The notes: generated from the sequence alone by a model not told the origin. 64,000 nucleotides of DNA from a virus (IMGVR_UViG_3300044712_002679:180406-244405), one strand, 5' to 3'; positions 44,822 to 56,058 are shown, numbered from the stretch's first letter. A program made the numbers and translations.

Positions 44822-45362
44822 TTTTAATGATATTAGCCAATTAATATCAAAATATGTAAATTTGGATATAGATAAACTTTTAGTTTTAGGTTGTGGTGAA
44901 TTAAGATATGAATTAAATTTAAATGCAAATCACATATTGGGTATAGATTGGTCTGATGAACAATTAGATAAAGCAAAAAATAAATCTAATGTAATTGTAA
45001 TAAAATATGATATTACTGAAATTAAAAACATCCTTCGTGATAAAAGTTTTGATAGTGTTGTATTAATTGATGTTTTAGAACATCTCGAAAAAAAAGATGC
45101 ATTAAATATATTAATAGATTTAGAAAAAATTGTTAAAGATCAAATAATATTATTTGTACCAATTCAAGAAAAAATAGAAAATTTAGAAAAATTTATAAAA
45201 TATCAAAAAGATCGTAAATTAAATAATCTTTCTATGGGTTATCATTTATCAAATTGGACACCTCAAGAATTAGAATTATTGGGTTTTATTGGTGAGTATT
45301 CAGAAAAATATCACATAGAAAAAAATATGGGTGCAATATTCTGTGTAAAAACAATATTATAA
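44808..45362 (+). CDS. SAM-dependent methyltransferase-like protein
   Basis: LVLGCGELRYELN and VVLIDVLEHL motifs. Confidence 0.5.
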   Translation: MQNTNFNDISQLISKYVNLDIDKLLVLGCGELRYELNLNANHILGIDWSDEQLDKAKNKSNVIVIKYDITEIKNILRDKSFDSVVLIDVLEHLEKKDALNILIDLEKIVKDQIILFVPIQEKIENLEKFIKYQKDRKLNNLSMGYHLSNWTPQELELLGFIGEYSEKYHIEKNMGAIFCVKTIL

Positions 45363-45364
45363 GT

Positions 45365-45928
45365 ATGGATTATCTAAAAATATATGAAGGAATTTTTAAT
45401 GAATATGAAAATTATGATAACCATATTGGTTATATTGATAGATATAATTATATAATAAAAGAAATATCTAAATATTCATATAAAAAAATAATAGATATTT
45501 CATCTGGTCGTGGTGTTTTAATTAAATTATTGCAAAATAAATTTTCAGATATTAAAATATGCACTACTGATATTAAAAAATTCAATGATATAGATGTTGA
45601 TTTTATAAAATTAGATTTAACAAATAAAATCGAATATAATAATATAATAGATAAATATGATTTATTGTTGTGTTTAGATGTATTAGAGCACATTGAAGAA
45701 GAATATATAGATGATGTATTAAATTTCTTATCATCAATATCAGAAAATTTTTGTTTTTCAATTGCAAATCATTCTGATATAAAAAATAATTATGAATTAC
45801 ATTTAATTCAGAAAAACAAAAAATGGTGGAATACAAAATTAAAAAAATATTATAAAATAATAAAAACATTTAATAAATATGATAACAAATTATATTGTTA
45901 TATTTTAACAAAAAAAAATAAATTATGA
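45365..45928 (+). CDS. SAM-dependent methyltransferase-like protein
   Basis: IIDISSGRGVLIKLL and LLLCLDVLEHI motifs. Confidence 0.5.
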   Translation: MDYLKIYEGIFNEYENYDNHIGYIDRYNYIIKEISKYSYKKIIDISSGRGVLIKLLQNKFSDIKICTTDIKKFNDIDVDFIKLDLTNKIEYNNIIDKYDLLLCLDVLEHIEEEYIDDVLNFLSSISENFCFSIANHSDIKNNYELHLIQKNKKWWNTKLKKYYKIIKTFNKYDNKLYCYILTKKNKL

Positions 45929-46644
45929 AAATACTTATATTAGGACATAATGGATTATTGGGAAATACTGTTTTAAAATATTTTAAATCAAAAAAATATG
46001 AAATAATAATAACAGATTTAAGGTGGCCTGATAATGATTTTAAATCATTTATATCAGAACAAAAAGTTGATTATATTATCAATTGTATTGGTGTTATACC
46101 ACAAAAGAAGCCAAATGATGAACTTTATGATTTAGTTAATTATCAACTACCTGTTTGGTTAGATAGTTTAAATATTAAAGTTATACACCCAGATACTGAT
46201 GAACCTGATGATAATCCATATGGTTTAGCAAAAAGAAAAGCACGGGAAGATATAAATAAAAATACTAAAATACTAAAAGCATCTATTATTGGATTTGAAA
46301 AAAATACACAATTTTCATTTTTAGAATGGTTTTTACATTCTGAAAAATCTGTTAGTGGATATACAAATCAATATTGGAATGGTATTACAACATTAGAATG
46401 GGCAGAATGTGCAGAAGAATTAATGAATAATTGGGATAAATTTAATAATGTTACAATATTATCTAATCCAGATTGTTTATCTAAGTATGAAATATTATTG
46501 ATGTTCAAAAAAGTATTTAATAAAAATATTGAAATTATACCAACTGAAGCAACATTAAGTAAAAATAATTGTATGAAAGCTGATTATGTATTAGAAAAAT
46601 TGGAAGCACAATTATATGAAATGAAAAAATTTTATGAAAGATAA
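45925..46644 (+). CDS. RmlD/WbvR-like NAD(P)-dependent sugar 4-reductase (short)
   Basis: MKILILGHNGLLGNTVLKYF Rossmann N-terminus, typical of dTDP-4-dehydrorhamnose-reductase-like enzymes. Confidence 0.55.
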   Translation: MKILILGHNGLLGNTVLKYFKSKKYEIIITDLRWPDNDFKSFISEQKVDYIINCIGVIPQKKPNDELYDLVNYQLPVWLDSLNIKVIHPDTDEPDDNPYGLAKRKAREDINKNTKILKASIIGFEKNTQFSFLEWFLHSEKSVSGYTNQYWNGITTLEWAECAEELMNNWDKFNNVTILSNPDCLSKYEILLMFKKVFNKNIEIIPTEATLSKNNCMKADYVLEKLEAQLYEMKKFYER

Positions 46645-47575
46645 ACGAATATTTATAACTGGTGGTGCCGGGTATTTAGGTACTAATATAATTAAACGAT
46701 ATTATAATGATAATGAAATATCAGTTTATTCAAGAGATGAAGTTAAACATTATTATCTTAAAAAACAATACCCAAAAGTCAATTGTATAATTGGTGATGT
46801 TCGTAATTTTGATTTATTAAGCAGATCATCAAAAAATCATAATATTGGAATATTTGCAGCATCCCTTAAACAAATTGGTGCTGTTGATCAAAATCCAGAG
46901 GAAAGCGTTCGTGTAATAATTGATGGTGCAATAAATTCAAGAAGATGTGCAGAAGAAAACAAATTTGAATCTGCGTGTTTTATATCATCAGACAAATCTA
47001 GAGCAGCAACCACTTTATATGGTGCAATGAAATTTGTTGCTGGTGAATTGTTTATAGTTAATGCGGATAGAAGTTCAACTATGCTATCATCTGCAATATA
47101 TGGTAATGTTACTAATTCTACTGGTAGTATAATTCCTTTAATTTGGGATAGTATTAATAAAAAATATGAATTAATATTATATTCAGATCAAATGACAAGA
47201 TTTATGTTAGATGTTGAAGATGCAATTGATGTTATTGAAAATGCACTACAAGTTAATGGATATAATGTTATACCAAATGTTAAAAGTATTAAAATAAAAG
47301 ACTTATTTGATGTATATCAAGAAAAATTTGGATTAAAATATAAATTGGGTGAACCTAGAATATCAGAAAAAATTCATGAAATTATGATCGCCAAAGAAGA
47401 ATTACCAAGAACATACTATTCAAAAGATAAAAATATGTATTTTATGCATTATCAAAATATTCAAAAAGATAGTATGATTGGAAATTTTATAAATAATGAG
47501 TATAATTCGGGTGATTATACCTATTCAAAAGAAGAATTAATACGATTATTAGAAAAAAATAATTATTATAAATGA
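46634..47575 (+). CDS. UDP-GlcNAc 4,6-dehydratase (5-epimerase), PseB/CapD/WbvB family
   Basis: RIFITGGAGYLG...ISVYSRDEVKHYYL...IIGDVRNFDLL and YGAMKFVAGELF parallel H. pylori PseB (ILITGGTGSFG...IIVYSRDELKQ...FIGDVRD, YGATK). Confidence 0.75.
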   Translation: MKDKRIFITGGAGYLGTNIIKRYYNDNEISVYSRDEVKHYYLKKQYPKVNCIIGDVRNFDLLSRSSKNHNIGIFAASLKQIGAVDQNPEESVRVIIDGAINSRRCAEENKFESACFISSDKSRAATTLYGAMKFVAGELFIVNADRSSTMLSSAIYGNVTNSTGSIIPLIWDSINKKYELILYSDQMTRFMLDVEDAIDVIENALQVNGYNVIPNVKSIKIKDLFDVYQEKFGLKYKLGEPRISEKIHEIMIAKEELPRTYYSKDKNMYFMHYQNIQKDSMIGNFINNEYNSGDYTYSKEELIRLLEKNNYYK

Positions 47576-48150
47576 AATTATTAATAAAAATATACATTCG
47601 AGAAATGAATCCTTATGATTTATTACAAATTTTAGGTGCATTAGAATCTGTTGTCTGTGAAAAAGATAATACCAAAATTGTTATTATGACAAATGATTCA
47701 ACATTTGATTTTGACCATTATGAATATTATTATTCATCCGATACAAATATCCAAAAAATGATAAATTATAAACTAGATGAATTGGAATGGGATATCATTC
47801 TACCAATATTTAGGCCATTTATCGCAACCCGTAATTTTGATTCAATTATAAAAAAATTATATGAAGAATATTTTAAAAATTTAGATGGTGTATTATGGGT
47901 AAACGATAATGTACAACATGAAGTTGCAACATTTCCAATCATTGGTAGAAAATATTATGAAAAATTTGGATATGTTTTCAATTCAATTTATAATAAAAAG
48001 AATTTCGAAGAAGAATTTACGGAAATTTTAAAACTTAATAAAAAATATCATTATTATGATAAAACTACAATGTTCAAAATATTACCATTAAAGTTGGATG
48101 ATGATAATATTTTTGATTTTAGAAAAAAAATAAATTTTTGTTATTTATAA
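47572..48150 (+). CDS. Hypothetical protein
   Basis: 192-aa ORF. Confidence 0.4.
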   Translation: MKLLIKIYIREMNPYDLLQILGALESVVCEKDNTKIVIMTNDSTFDFDHYEYYYSSDTNIQKMINYKLDELEWDIILPIFRPFIATRNFDSIIKKLYEEYFKNLDGVLWVNDNVQHEVATFPIIGRKYYEKFGYVFNSIYNKKNFEEEFTEILKLNKKYHYYDKTTMFKILPLKLDDDNIFDFRKKINFCYL

Positions 48151-48209
48151 TATTCAAAAAATTATAATTAGTTTTACCAATATTTAGAATTACAGAAAAT
48201 ATAGAAATA

Positions 48210-49508
48210 TCAAAATTGATAAATATCACACATTCTAACTTTTTTCCTAAAAACATTATAATGATTTACATCATTTAATGAAACCCGATAATTCATTTTC
48301 GAATTTTTTATTAAATCAAATAATTCTTTCCAATTATCAGGTATATCATTAACCGTTTCCTTCCATTGGTGTATTAATGATTGTTTTAACCAAACTGTTG
48401 GATAAAATTTATTTGATTTTTTAATTATTATTTCATAACCCCTACGGGCAATTTCCATACTTGAATTGACAGGATCAACTTTATCATACATACAATTACC
48501 AATAAAAGAACTATATGCTGGATTGATCTTATATAATTTTTGACCATTGATATTACATCGTTTTTGTAAATTATCTATGAATTTATTTCTTTTCCATAAA
48601 TTCTTGGTCAACCTATTAAATGCTTTACCTTTACTATTATTTGGTTTAAAATCCAAATCTTCAATGAATATAAATTTACATTTATAATGCTTTGATATTT
48701 CTGATATCCGTTTACTTACATTTAAGATTTCATAATCAAGTTTGTTGTTTAAATATTTAACTTCCTTTGAATCACTTGATTTATTTGTTTTCTTAATCTT
48801 GTTTATGATTTCACTGAATTCAAAATCATAACTGTCAATCAATTCCATATCTTTATTGCAAACCGATATACCAATATTGGTTGGGTTTAAATCAATACCA
48901 ATAAACCTATTTTCTTTTAAATCAGCTACTTCATTTTTAATTTCATCGAAACTGATATTAATTTCAGATTCATTTAATATCACAGTAAATTTATGTTTCT
49001 TTTGTTGGCATAAATCCTGGATTTCAAGCAATTGTTTTAATTGATTTTTTGATGGATTAACATTTAAATCATAATGATGATCTTTATCGTATTTGAATGT
49101 GATAACGTTATTTAAAATATCTAAATTAAAATTCCTGTTACCATTTCTTGCTGTTTCACCTTGAAGACATAACGGAATTAAACGTTTTGCTGTAAATTGT
49201 TCTTTTGTTATTTTTTCCTTACATCTTTGATTGAAGTTATATTTTCCACCAAAAATTGATCTATGGTTGTTAACTTTGTCCTTTTCATATAACCTGTTTG
49301 TAAAGTCAATACAATCATTGATTAATCGACCTTTAATCAAGTTTACACCATTTAAATTTGGTATTAATGAATAGATTTCTTTTTTTGTTAACCCATCATA
49401 TAAACGATTATAACCGTATCTATAAACACACGAATATTGCTTCCTCATTTTTAATAAAAAATAATGATATTCTTTGGTGGAATTATATTTTAATTTAATC
49501 GTTATCAT
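48210..49508 (-). mobile_element. tnpB: IS200/IS605-family TnpB (OrfB) RNA-guided nuclease-like gene. Solo, with no adjacent tnpA
   Basis: 432 aa. RuvC-I IGIDLNPTNIG and a C-terminal RuvC-III/Zn-finger region CNINGQKLYKINPAYSSFIGNCMYDK. Confidence 0.75.
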
Positions 49509-49658
49509 TGAAGTATATATAAAAAAATCAAAGTCTTTTTTATAAACTTTATTGATATATTTTTATATGTTATGATAACATATTTGATTTTAGGAAAAAT
49601 AAATTTTTGTTTGAATGAAATAGATTATTACGATTTAAGAAAAATAAAACTTTGATAT

Positions 49659-50504
49659 ATGAATAAAATAAAAATTGGCATAATTGGTGTTGGGTTTGTG
49701 GGAAATGCAGTATATTCTTTTTATAAAAAAAATAAAATAAATGTTATTAGATTAGATTTAGATAAAAATAAAGCAGATTTCGACAATTTAGATTTATTTT
49801 TAAATGAAAATCCTGATTATATTTTTATTTGTGTTCCAACACCACAAAAATTAAATGATTGTGATTTTAATATTGTTAAAAATACATGTTTAGATATTGA
49901 AGAAATATCTAAAATAAATAATGTTTCTTATAATATTATTATCAAATCAACAGTATCACCAATATTTTTATCAGAATTAAAAAAATCAATAAATAATTGT
50001 GTTTTAATTACATCACCAGAATTTTTAACACAAAGAACAGCAAATGAAAATTTTGAAAATAGTCAATTATTTATATGGGGGTGTGAAAATAATGATATCT
50101 TAGATAAAATAATCAATGATTTATGTTGGTCTGTAAATTTTCCACAGTTAAAAAAAGTATATAGATTTAATGATATTGAAATGCCAATGAAATTTAAATA
50201 TGCACACAATGTAATGGGTGCATTAAATGTTCTTATATCTAATGTAATGTTTGATTATATTAATGATAATGATATATATAAAAATAATTTTAAAGAATTT
50301 TTAGTACTAACAGAACATTTTACCGATACATATTTAACTGTTCCTGGATATGATGATAAACGTGGTTTTGGTGGAGCTTGTTTCCCAAAAGATTTGAATA
50401 GTTTTATTTATCAAATCAATAATAATTTAAATATAACAAAAGAAGAAATAAAATTTATCAAATCAGCACAAAAACTAAATAATAAATTAAGGAACAAAAA
50501 ATGA
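49659..50504 (+). CDS. Nucleotide-sugar dehydrogenase (UDP-glucose/UDP-ManNAc dehydrogenase family), short form
   Basis: IGIIGVGFVGNAV NAD motif, IFICVPTP, and catalytic GFGGACFPKD. Only 281 aa. Confidence 0.6.
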   Translation: MNKIKIGIIGVGFVGNAVYSFYKKNKINVIRLDLDKNKADFDNLDLFLNENPDYIFICVPTPQKLNDCDFNIVKNTCLDIEEISKINNVSYNIIIKSTVSPIFLSELKKSINNCVLITSPEFLTQRTANENFENSQLFIWGCENNDILDKIINDLCWSVNFPQLKKVYRFNDIEMPMKFKYAHNVMGALNVLISNVMFDYINDNDIYKNNFKEFLVLTEHFTDTYLTVPGYDDKRGFGGACFPKDLNSFIYQINNNLNITKEEIKFIKSAQKLNNKLRNKK

Positions 50505-51448
50505 TTTTAAGCATTATAATACCATATCACGAAGAAGGATTAGATTTTATTACAACAACAATAAATCAGATAAAAGACACAATTGATGTTGAACCATATG
50601 AAATAATTATTGTTGATGACAAATCAGAAATACCATTAGATAATATTGATGGTGTTACTATTGTTAGACATACAGAAAATTTAGGTGTTGGTGCAGCATT
50701 TGATACAGGTGTAAAGTATGCACAATCTGAAAATATTTTTTTGATGGGGTCAGATATCCGGTTTATCAAAAATAAATGGGCTAGTCAAATAGTAAAAGAA
50801 ATCGAAAATCATCCAAAATCATTTACCTGCACTTCATGTGTCGCTTTAAGCCAAAAAGAATTAGATATAGAAAAAAGAAGATTGATAAATGTTGTAAATG
50901 GTGCAACCATATTAATGTTTCATGATAAGTTGTCAAATCCAAAACAATCTGACACGTTTAGAGGCATAATAGAAGCCCAATGGTTGAATCGGGTTAAAAG
51001 TCGAGATATTGATAGCTTTGAAATACCTTGTATCCTTGGTGCTGCTTATGGGGTCAAAAAACAATGGTATGAATATGTTGATGGTTGGGTTGGACACAAA
51101 AAATGGGGTACTTTAGAACCAATGATTTCACTTAAAAGTTGGTTATTTGGTGGTAGTTGTCGGGTTGCACCAAGAATAGAAACAGGTCATATATTTAAAG
51201 TACAGGGAACACATGGGATTACCCAGGAAAAACTAATATACAACAAGTTTTTAGTTGCAACATTATTATTTGATGATTATCAAAGATTAATTAATTTTTT
51301 AGGAACTAATGATACAGTTGAACGTGCTAGATTATTATATAATGAAAATTTAGATTTCATTTTGATAAAGAAAGAAGAATACAAAAATAAAACAGTTTAT
51401 AATTATTTAGATTTTTTTAAAAAATTTAATATTGATTACAGATTATAA
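50501..51448 (+). CDS. Family 2 glycosyltransferase
   Basis: LSIIIPYHEEGLDFITTTINQI...YEIIIVDDKSE. Confidence 0.6.
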   Translation: MILSIIIPYHEEGLDFITTTINQIKDTIDVEPYEIIIVDDKSEIPLDNIDGVTIVRHTENLGVGAAFDTGVKYAQSENIFLMGSDIRFIKNKWASQIVKEIENHPKSFTCTSCVALSQKELDIEKRRLINVVNGATILMFHDKLSNPKQSDTFRGIIEAQWLNRVKSRDIDSFEIPCILGAAYGVKKQWYEYVDGWVGHKKWGTLEPMISLKSWLFGGSCRVAPRIETGHIFKVQGTHGITQEKLIYNKFLVATLLFDDYQRLINFLGTNDTVERARLLYNENLDFILIKKEEYKNKTVYNYLDFFKKFNIDYRL

Positions 51449-51880
51449 AATATTATATTTTTTTGCAGTTCTGTTTATTTCTATATTTTTATAATTTTCT
51501 GGATATTTTTTTATTAATCCATTAAATACGTCAGCAATTTCAATATAATTATTATTACCACCACTTATAAAATTCCATAAACTGTCAAAATGATCTTTTG
51601 AATTTTCTTTCCACCAAATATAGGTTTCAGCACCATTTTTATGTAAATGATCAATTGTATTGCTACCAATACTTATTTTATGTTCAATTTTATAATATGT
51701 TTTATTATAACCTGGTATATTAATAATTATTTTTTTCTTATTTATGTTATCTAATAATTGTACAATAAGTTGGACCAATTCTTTAGCATCTTTATTTAGG
51801 CTATTTTGTGTTACCTCTATAAATTTTTTAGCTTTTTCTAATTCATCAATTTTATCTTTAAATGATTTTAAAAAATTCAT
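51443..51880 (-). CDS. CTS-like family member (MNFLKSFKDKIDELE ... RTAKKYNIL) embedded in the glycan locus
   Basis: 145 aa. Confidence 0.5.
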   Translation of the reverse strand: MNFLKSFKDKIDELEKAKKFIEVTQNSLNKDAKELVQLIVQLLDNINKKKIIINIPGYNKTYYKIEHKISIGSNTIDHLHKNGAETYIWWKENSKDHFDSLWNFISGGNNNYIEIADVFNGLIKKYPENYKNIEINRTAKKYNIL

Positions 51881-51942
51881 ATGTTTATTTTTATTTTAAC
51901 ATATATATTAAAACATAAAGTTAAAAATGTAATATATAAATT

Positions 51943-52773
51943 ATGAACATTCTTGTATATGATAAATATAACAATCCTCGTGATCTTGCTCAAATGGATA
52001 TGTATTACGCATTAGAAGAAAAACACAATCTTATTTATGCAAATTCAACTAACTTAATTTCCCTTATAACTGAAGGAAATTATGATATTTTATATTTGGG
52101 AATTCTTCATCCATGGCATGGTAATATTAATTGGGAACAAGCTTTAAATATAAATAGAAAACCAATACTTATAGATCAAGCAGATAATGAAGGTTTTATG
52201 GCACGTAGTAATTCTAAATATATTTATAATGAAAGTAACTGTATATTATTGAGTCGTTATTTGCCTAATAGATTGACTAATGTGTGGAAAGGTAAACTAT
52301 GTTTGTTACCATGGTACATTAATCCAGATCGGTTTATACCCCAAGAAAAAATAATAGATGTCTCTTTTGTTTGTATGATAAATATTAAACGATTGGGTTC
52401 TGATAGAAAACAAATGAGTCAAGATATTTTAAAATATTGTGAAGAAAATGAATTAAATTATATCATAGGTGAATATTTTGGTGATACTTATAGAAAGATT
52501 ATAACATCATCTAAAGCTATGGTAGTCGATGGTAGTAGATTGTGCTTAACACAAAAATATATAGAAGCATCATTGAGTAATTGTATAATTATTGGGGAAC
52601 ATCCTACAAGTCCAGAAAATGAAATTAAAACAATAGAATTGAATATGATCAATTTTAAAAACATAAATGATTTTAATGAAAATGTCCAATATAATAGAAA
52701 TTATATATTGGACACTTTCGCAAACAAAGATAAGTTCTTAAAAACTTTCGATGATATTATATCAAATTTTTAA
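51943..52773 (+). CDS. Hypothetical protein (possible glycosyltransferase)
   Basis: 276-aa ORF. Context only. Confidence 0.4.
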   Translation: MNILVYDKYNNPRDLAQMDMYYALEEKHNLIYANSTNLISLITEGNYDILYLGILHPWHGNINWEQALNINRKPILIDQADNEGFMARSNSKYIYNESNCILLSRYLPNRLTNVWKGKLCLLPWYINPDRFIPQEKIIDVSFVCMINIKRLGSDRKQMSQDILKYCEENELNYIIGEYFGDTYRKIITSSKAMVVDGSRLCLTQKYIEASLSNCIIIGEHPTSPENEIKTIELNMINFKNINDFNENVQYNRNYILDTFANKDKFLKTFDDIISNF

Positions 52774-52799
52774 TTTGAAAACACTATCACTAAACAATA

Positions 52800-53162
52800 T
52801 TAATACAGATTCTCCGATATTAATATTGATCCACTTTCATTTTCTGTGGCAGCCAATCCGAACAGGATTTGATTGTTTGCTTTTGCGATAATCCAACCTT
52901 CTTTTCTATCAACATATCTATCGAAAGATGTCATAAATCCTTGATAATTTCTATAACTATCTTCTGATATATCCAAACTCTTAAAATATGTGTTTACATC
53001 CCCCTTTAGGTCTTTAATCGTCTGATAACAATTGTGATGCCTTCTGCCACAAACAACGAATCCAATTTCAATATTTTCAGGCTGTTGTTCGTGTTTTTTA
53101 CCATCATTAATCCAAATAGCGGCACATAAAATAAATTCTTTATTCATGTAGTATCTTTGCAA
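52800..53162 (-). CDS. Hypothetical protein
   Basis: 120-aa ORF. Confidence 0.4.
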   Translation of the reverse strand: MQRYYMNKEFILCAAIWINDGKKHEQQPENIEIGFVVCGRRHHNCYQTIKDLKGDVNTYFKSLDISEDSYRNYQGFMTSFDRYVDRKEGWIIAKANNQILFGLAATENESGSILISENLY

Positions 53163-53164
53163 AT

Positions 53165-53758
53165 TTAAATTGTGTTATATTCAAAATCTAAATCTGTACA
53201 TTTTACTAATAATTTTTCATTATTTGAAGTTTTTATTTCCACCGAATGAAAATAATTTGGTGAATGAATTCCTTCTGATTCAAAATTGGTTTTAATTATA
53301 TCAACATATTCACCATTATATAATGCTTTTTTGTGCAAAATTTGTGTGTTATATTCAATCTTGTAAGTATTTGGAATATCTTCATCCAAACAAGATATAA
53401 TATCGACATGGATCGCATATTCTTCAGGGTCTAATAAAGACACTAAATAATTTTTTACTTTTTCAGCAATTTCAGTTGAAACAAATTCAAATTCTTCTGG
53501 CCATTTTCTACCATTTTGATTAGAAACTGCAACAAATTCACCATCTAAAAAATACGCTTTAATACCAACAAAACTATCAGTACAATGATGAACTTTAATA
53601 AAATAAGATTTTAATCTAGTATCATCAGACCAATCTAAATTAATATTAAATTCAGATGATAAATTTGTCCAATCAGGACAATCTTCCAATTTTTTATTCG
53701 TAAAATCTATTTCTGAAATTAATTTTCTTAATGTTGTCATAATTATAATTTTTGACAA
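53165..53758 (-). CDS. Hypothetical protein
   Basis: 197-aa ORF. Confidence 0.45.
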   Translation of the reverse strand: MSKIIIMTTLRKLISEIDFTNKKLEDCPDWTNLSSEFNINLDWSDDTRLKSYFIKVHHCTDSFVGIKAYFLDGEFVAVSNQNGRKWPEEFEFVSTEIAEKVKNYLVSLLDPEEYAIHVDIISCLDEDIPNTYKIEYNTQILHKKALYNGEYVDIIKTNFESEGIHSPNYFHSVEIKTSNNEKLLVKCTDLDFEYNTI

Positions 53759-53772
53759 AGATAATAAAAAAA
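53740..53772 (-). promoter_or_regulatory. Promoter box of the same family (minus strand TTATTATCTTTGTCAAAAATTATAATT then ATG)
   Basis: TATCTTTG. Confidence 0.4.
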
Positions 53773-54309
53773 TTAATCTCTTGTTGTTTTGTATGCTGGA
53801 ATTAATAAAAAAATTCTTTTATCAACATTATTATCAACAATTTCTAATTTCCAATTAGCTGATAATAAACTAACTTTAGGCTTATTAAAAGTGCAAATAA
53901 GATTTCCTGATAGATCATTAATATGAAACAACGATGTTTGTCCCAATTGTATCTTGTCTGATATTGCAAATAATTTATAGTTTTTGTCATAAATTTTATA
54001 TAAAGCGTATGGTGAAAAAACATTTGATATTACGGTTTCTTCGAGAAATCCTATTTTATTATTATTTTCATCGAAGAATGTCACTTTTGTTATGCCAATA
54101 TATACTTCTTTCTTCAAATATGCTTGTAATATATTTTTATTATCAAACATTTTAAAATTTATAATTTTACCAATTTTACCTTTTTCTGTTACAATTTCAA
54201 ATGAATCAGTTTTTTGTTCTAAAATAAATGTATTTATTTGCATATCAGATTTAATTGCATTTGAACAAAAAAACATTATAAGTATTAAGGCCAATAAAAA
54301 TTTTTTCAT
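53773..54309 (-). CDS. Secreted hypothetical protein
   Basis: Signal peptide MKKFLLALILIMFFCSNAIKS. Confidence 0.5.
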   Translation of the reverse strand: MKKFLLALILIMFFCSNAIKSDMQINTFILEQKTDSFEIVTEKGKIGKIINFKMFDNKNILQAYLKKEVYIGITKVTFFDENNNKIGFLEETVISNVFSPYALYKIYDKNYKLFAISDKIQLGQTSLFHINDLSGNLICTFNKPKVSLLSANWKLEIVDNNVDKRIFLLIPAYKTTRD

Positions 54310-54333
54310 ATGTTTTTTAATATATATATTATT

Positions 54334-55152
54334 ATGATTACAAAATTAAATGAATTTGTTGAAAAATTATACGAATATTATAATTCAGATGATTATTTTG
54401 AAATTGAAGATAGGATTAGACATAAAATGTTTAATGATTTTCTTTATAATAACAATGAAAAATTTACAAAAAATATTTATTGGACGGTAATACCATTTCC
54501 AAGATTAAAGAAAATTTGGGAAGATTATATAAATGTGGGTATTGTTAGAGACACTAAAGGTCTAGATATGATTAAATCTATAATGATTGGCAATACGATT
54601 AAAGTTAATATATTTACCGAATTAGCTGGTCACACTGAAGTAAATACTGATGAATATTACGAAGACACAATAGGATATTTTGTTGATGACCAACTTAACT
54701 GTTATTTACCAATAAATAAAAATGAATGTACTGTTAAAAAACACCCATTTATAGAAGAATTATTAATAAATAAATTTGATGAAAATTACGAAGAAGATTA
54801 TAATAAAGGTAGATTAGATCGTAATATTGTTAAATCATTTTTATTTGATGAAATGTTAGATTTATTTATTTGGAATTATATGAATGATTCTAAAAATGAA
54901 TTGGGTGGATTTGTATCAGATTATGGATTACGACCATTAATGAAATTACTGTATAAGTTATTAAATTCAGATGAACCTGAAGAAACATTAACAATTATTG
55001 ATAAAATGTTGAATGTTATACATCAAAGATCGGACATCGCTGCGTGGTTTGTTCAAGGTGGTTCAAATTCATTAGATAAATTAAGTGGTTATTATGATGA
55101 AACAGGAGACAGTAAAATTTCTGGAAAATACAGAATGGCAGATTATAGATAA
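54334..55152 (+). CDS. Hypothetical protein (MITKLNEF family)
   Basis: Start trimmed to MITKLNEF. Its first 30 nt are identical to those of the next gene. Confidence 0.45.
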   Translation: MITKLNEFVEKLYEYYNSDDYFEIEDRIRHKMFNDFLYNNNEKFTKNIYWTVIPFPRLKKIWEDYINVGIVRDTKGLDMIKSIMIGNTIKVNIFTELAGHTEVNTDEYYEDTIGYFVDDQLNCYLPINKNECTVKKHPFIEELLINKFDENYEEDYNKGRLDRNIVKSFLFDEMLDLFIWNYMNDSKNELGGFVSDYGLRPLMKLLYKLLNSDEPEETLTIIDKMLNVIHQRSDIAAWFVQGGSNSLDKLSGYYDETGDSKISGKYRMADYR

Positions 55153-55162
55153 AAATATTATT

Positions 55163-55732
55163 ATGATTACAAAATTAAATGAATTTATCAGTGAAAAAAC
55201 AACAAACATTTTTAATAAATATTTGTATTATATAGAAGCACCAGGTATTAGGGGTGTTAATATAAATAAAGTATTAAATTTGGTTAATGATTCAGAAACT
55301 AGGTATTTGTTTTTCAAAGACCCAACAATTGAAGATGTAGATTTTTTACAAAAATATCTTAAATCAAATAAATTCAATTTGATTGAATTATATCATGGAA
55401 CATCATCTGATCATAATATTTTGGATGATGGTTTATTAACAACAAAATTATCTACAAAAAAATCAATGCAATCTGAAATTGGGTATGTTTATTTGTCAGT
55501 ATTTGATAGTATGGCAAAAACATTTGGTTCATTTGCATATCCAAAAAATGACATTTCGGTATATAAAATAACTGTGCCAGTTTATTTTCTTGAACCTGAT
55601 TTAGATCAATTACGAAATCAAAGATATTATGCAGGAAATAATGTTAATAATACATTAGCTGAATCAGCATTATTTGGACATGGATTTAGAATAAAGGGTA
55701 ATATTCCACCGTATATGATAAAAATGTTATAA
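55163..55732 (+). CDS. Hypothetical protein (MITKLNEF family paralog)
   Basis: Start trimmed to MITKLNEF at 55163. Confidence 0.45.
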   Translation: MITKLNEFISEKTTNIFNKYLYYIEAPGIRGVNINKVLNLVNDSETRYLFFKDPTIEDVDFLQKYLKSNKFNLIELYHGTSSDHNILDDGLLTTKLSTKKSMQSEIGYVYLSVFDSMAKTFGSFAYPKNDISVYKITVPVYFLEPDLDQLRNQRYYAGNNVNNTLAESALFGHGFRIKGNIPPYMIKML

Positions 55733-55788
55733 TAACACCACAAGGAAAAATTCTTATATTGTAGATTATGGTATTGTAGATATTTAAG

Positions 55789-56058
55789 TTATAATCTTAT
55801 TTTGTTATCCCTTGCAAATTCTTCAATATATTTTTTTAAACTAAAAAGTACTTCTTTTTTTGTTAATTCACTACTATTTAATTCTATTTTTACAGATGAA
55901 TAAATTTCACGAAGAAATTCAATCAATTCTGTTTGTTTATTATATTTAAGATCAAATGTTAAATCAATTATTTTTGATTTAAGTTCTTCATTTTCATCTT
56001 CTAATTTTTTTATTTTTTCTAATATTTCTTCTTCTTCGGTCATCGTTCTTTCAAGCAA
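55789..56058 (-). CDS. Small coiled-coil protein
   Basis: 89 aa, Glu/Lys-rich heptads. Confidence 0.35.
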   Translation of the reverse strand: MLERTMTEEEEILEKIKKLEDENEELKSKIIDLTFDLKYNKQTELIEFLREIYSSVKIELNSSELTKKEVLFSLKKYIEEFARDNKIRL

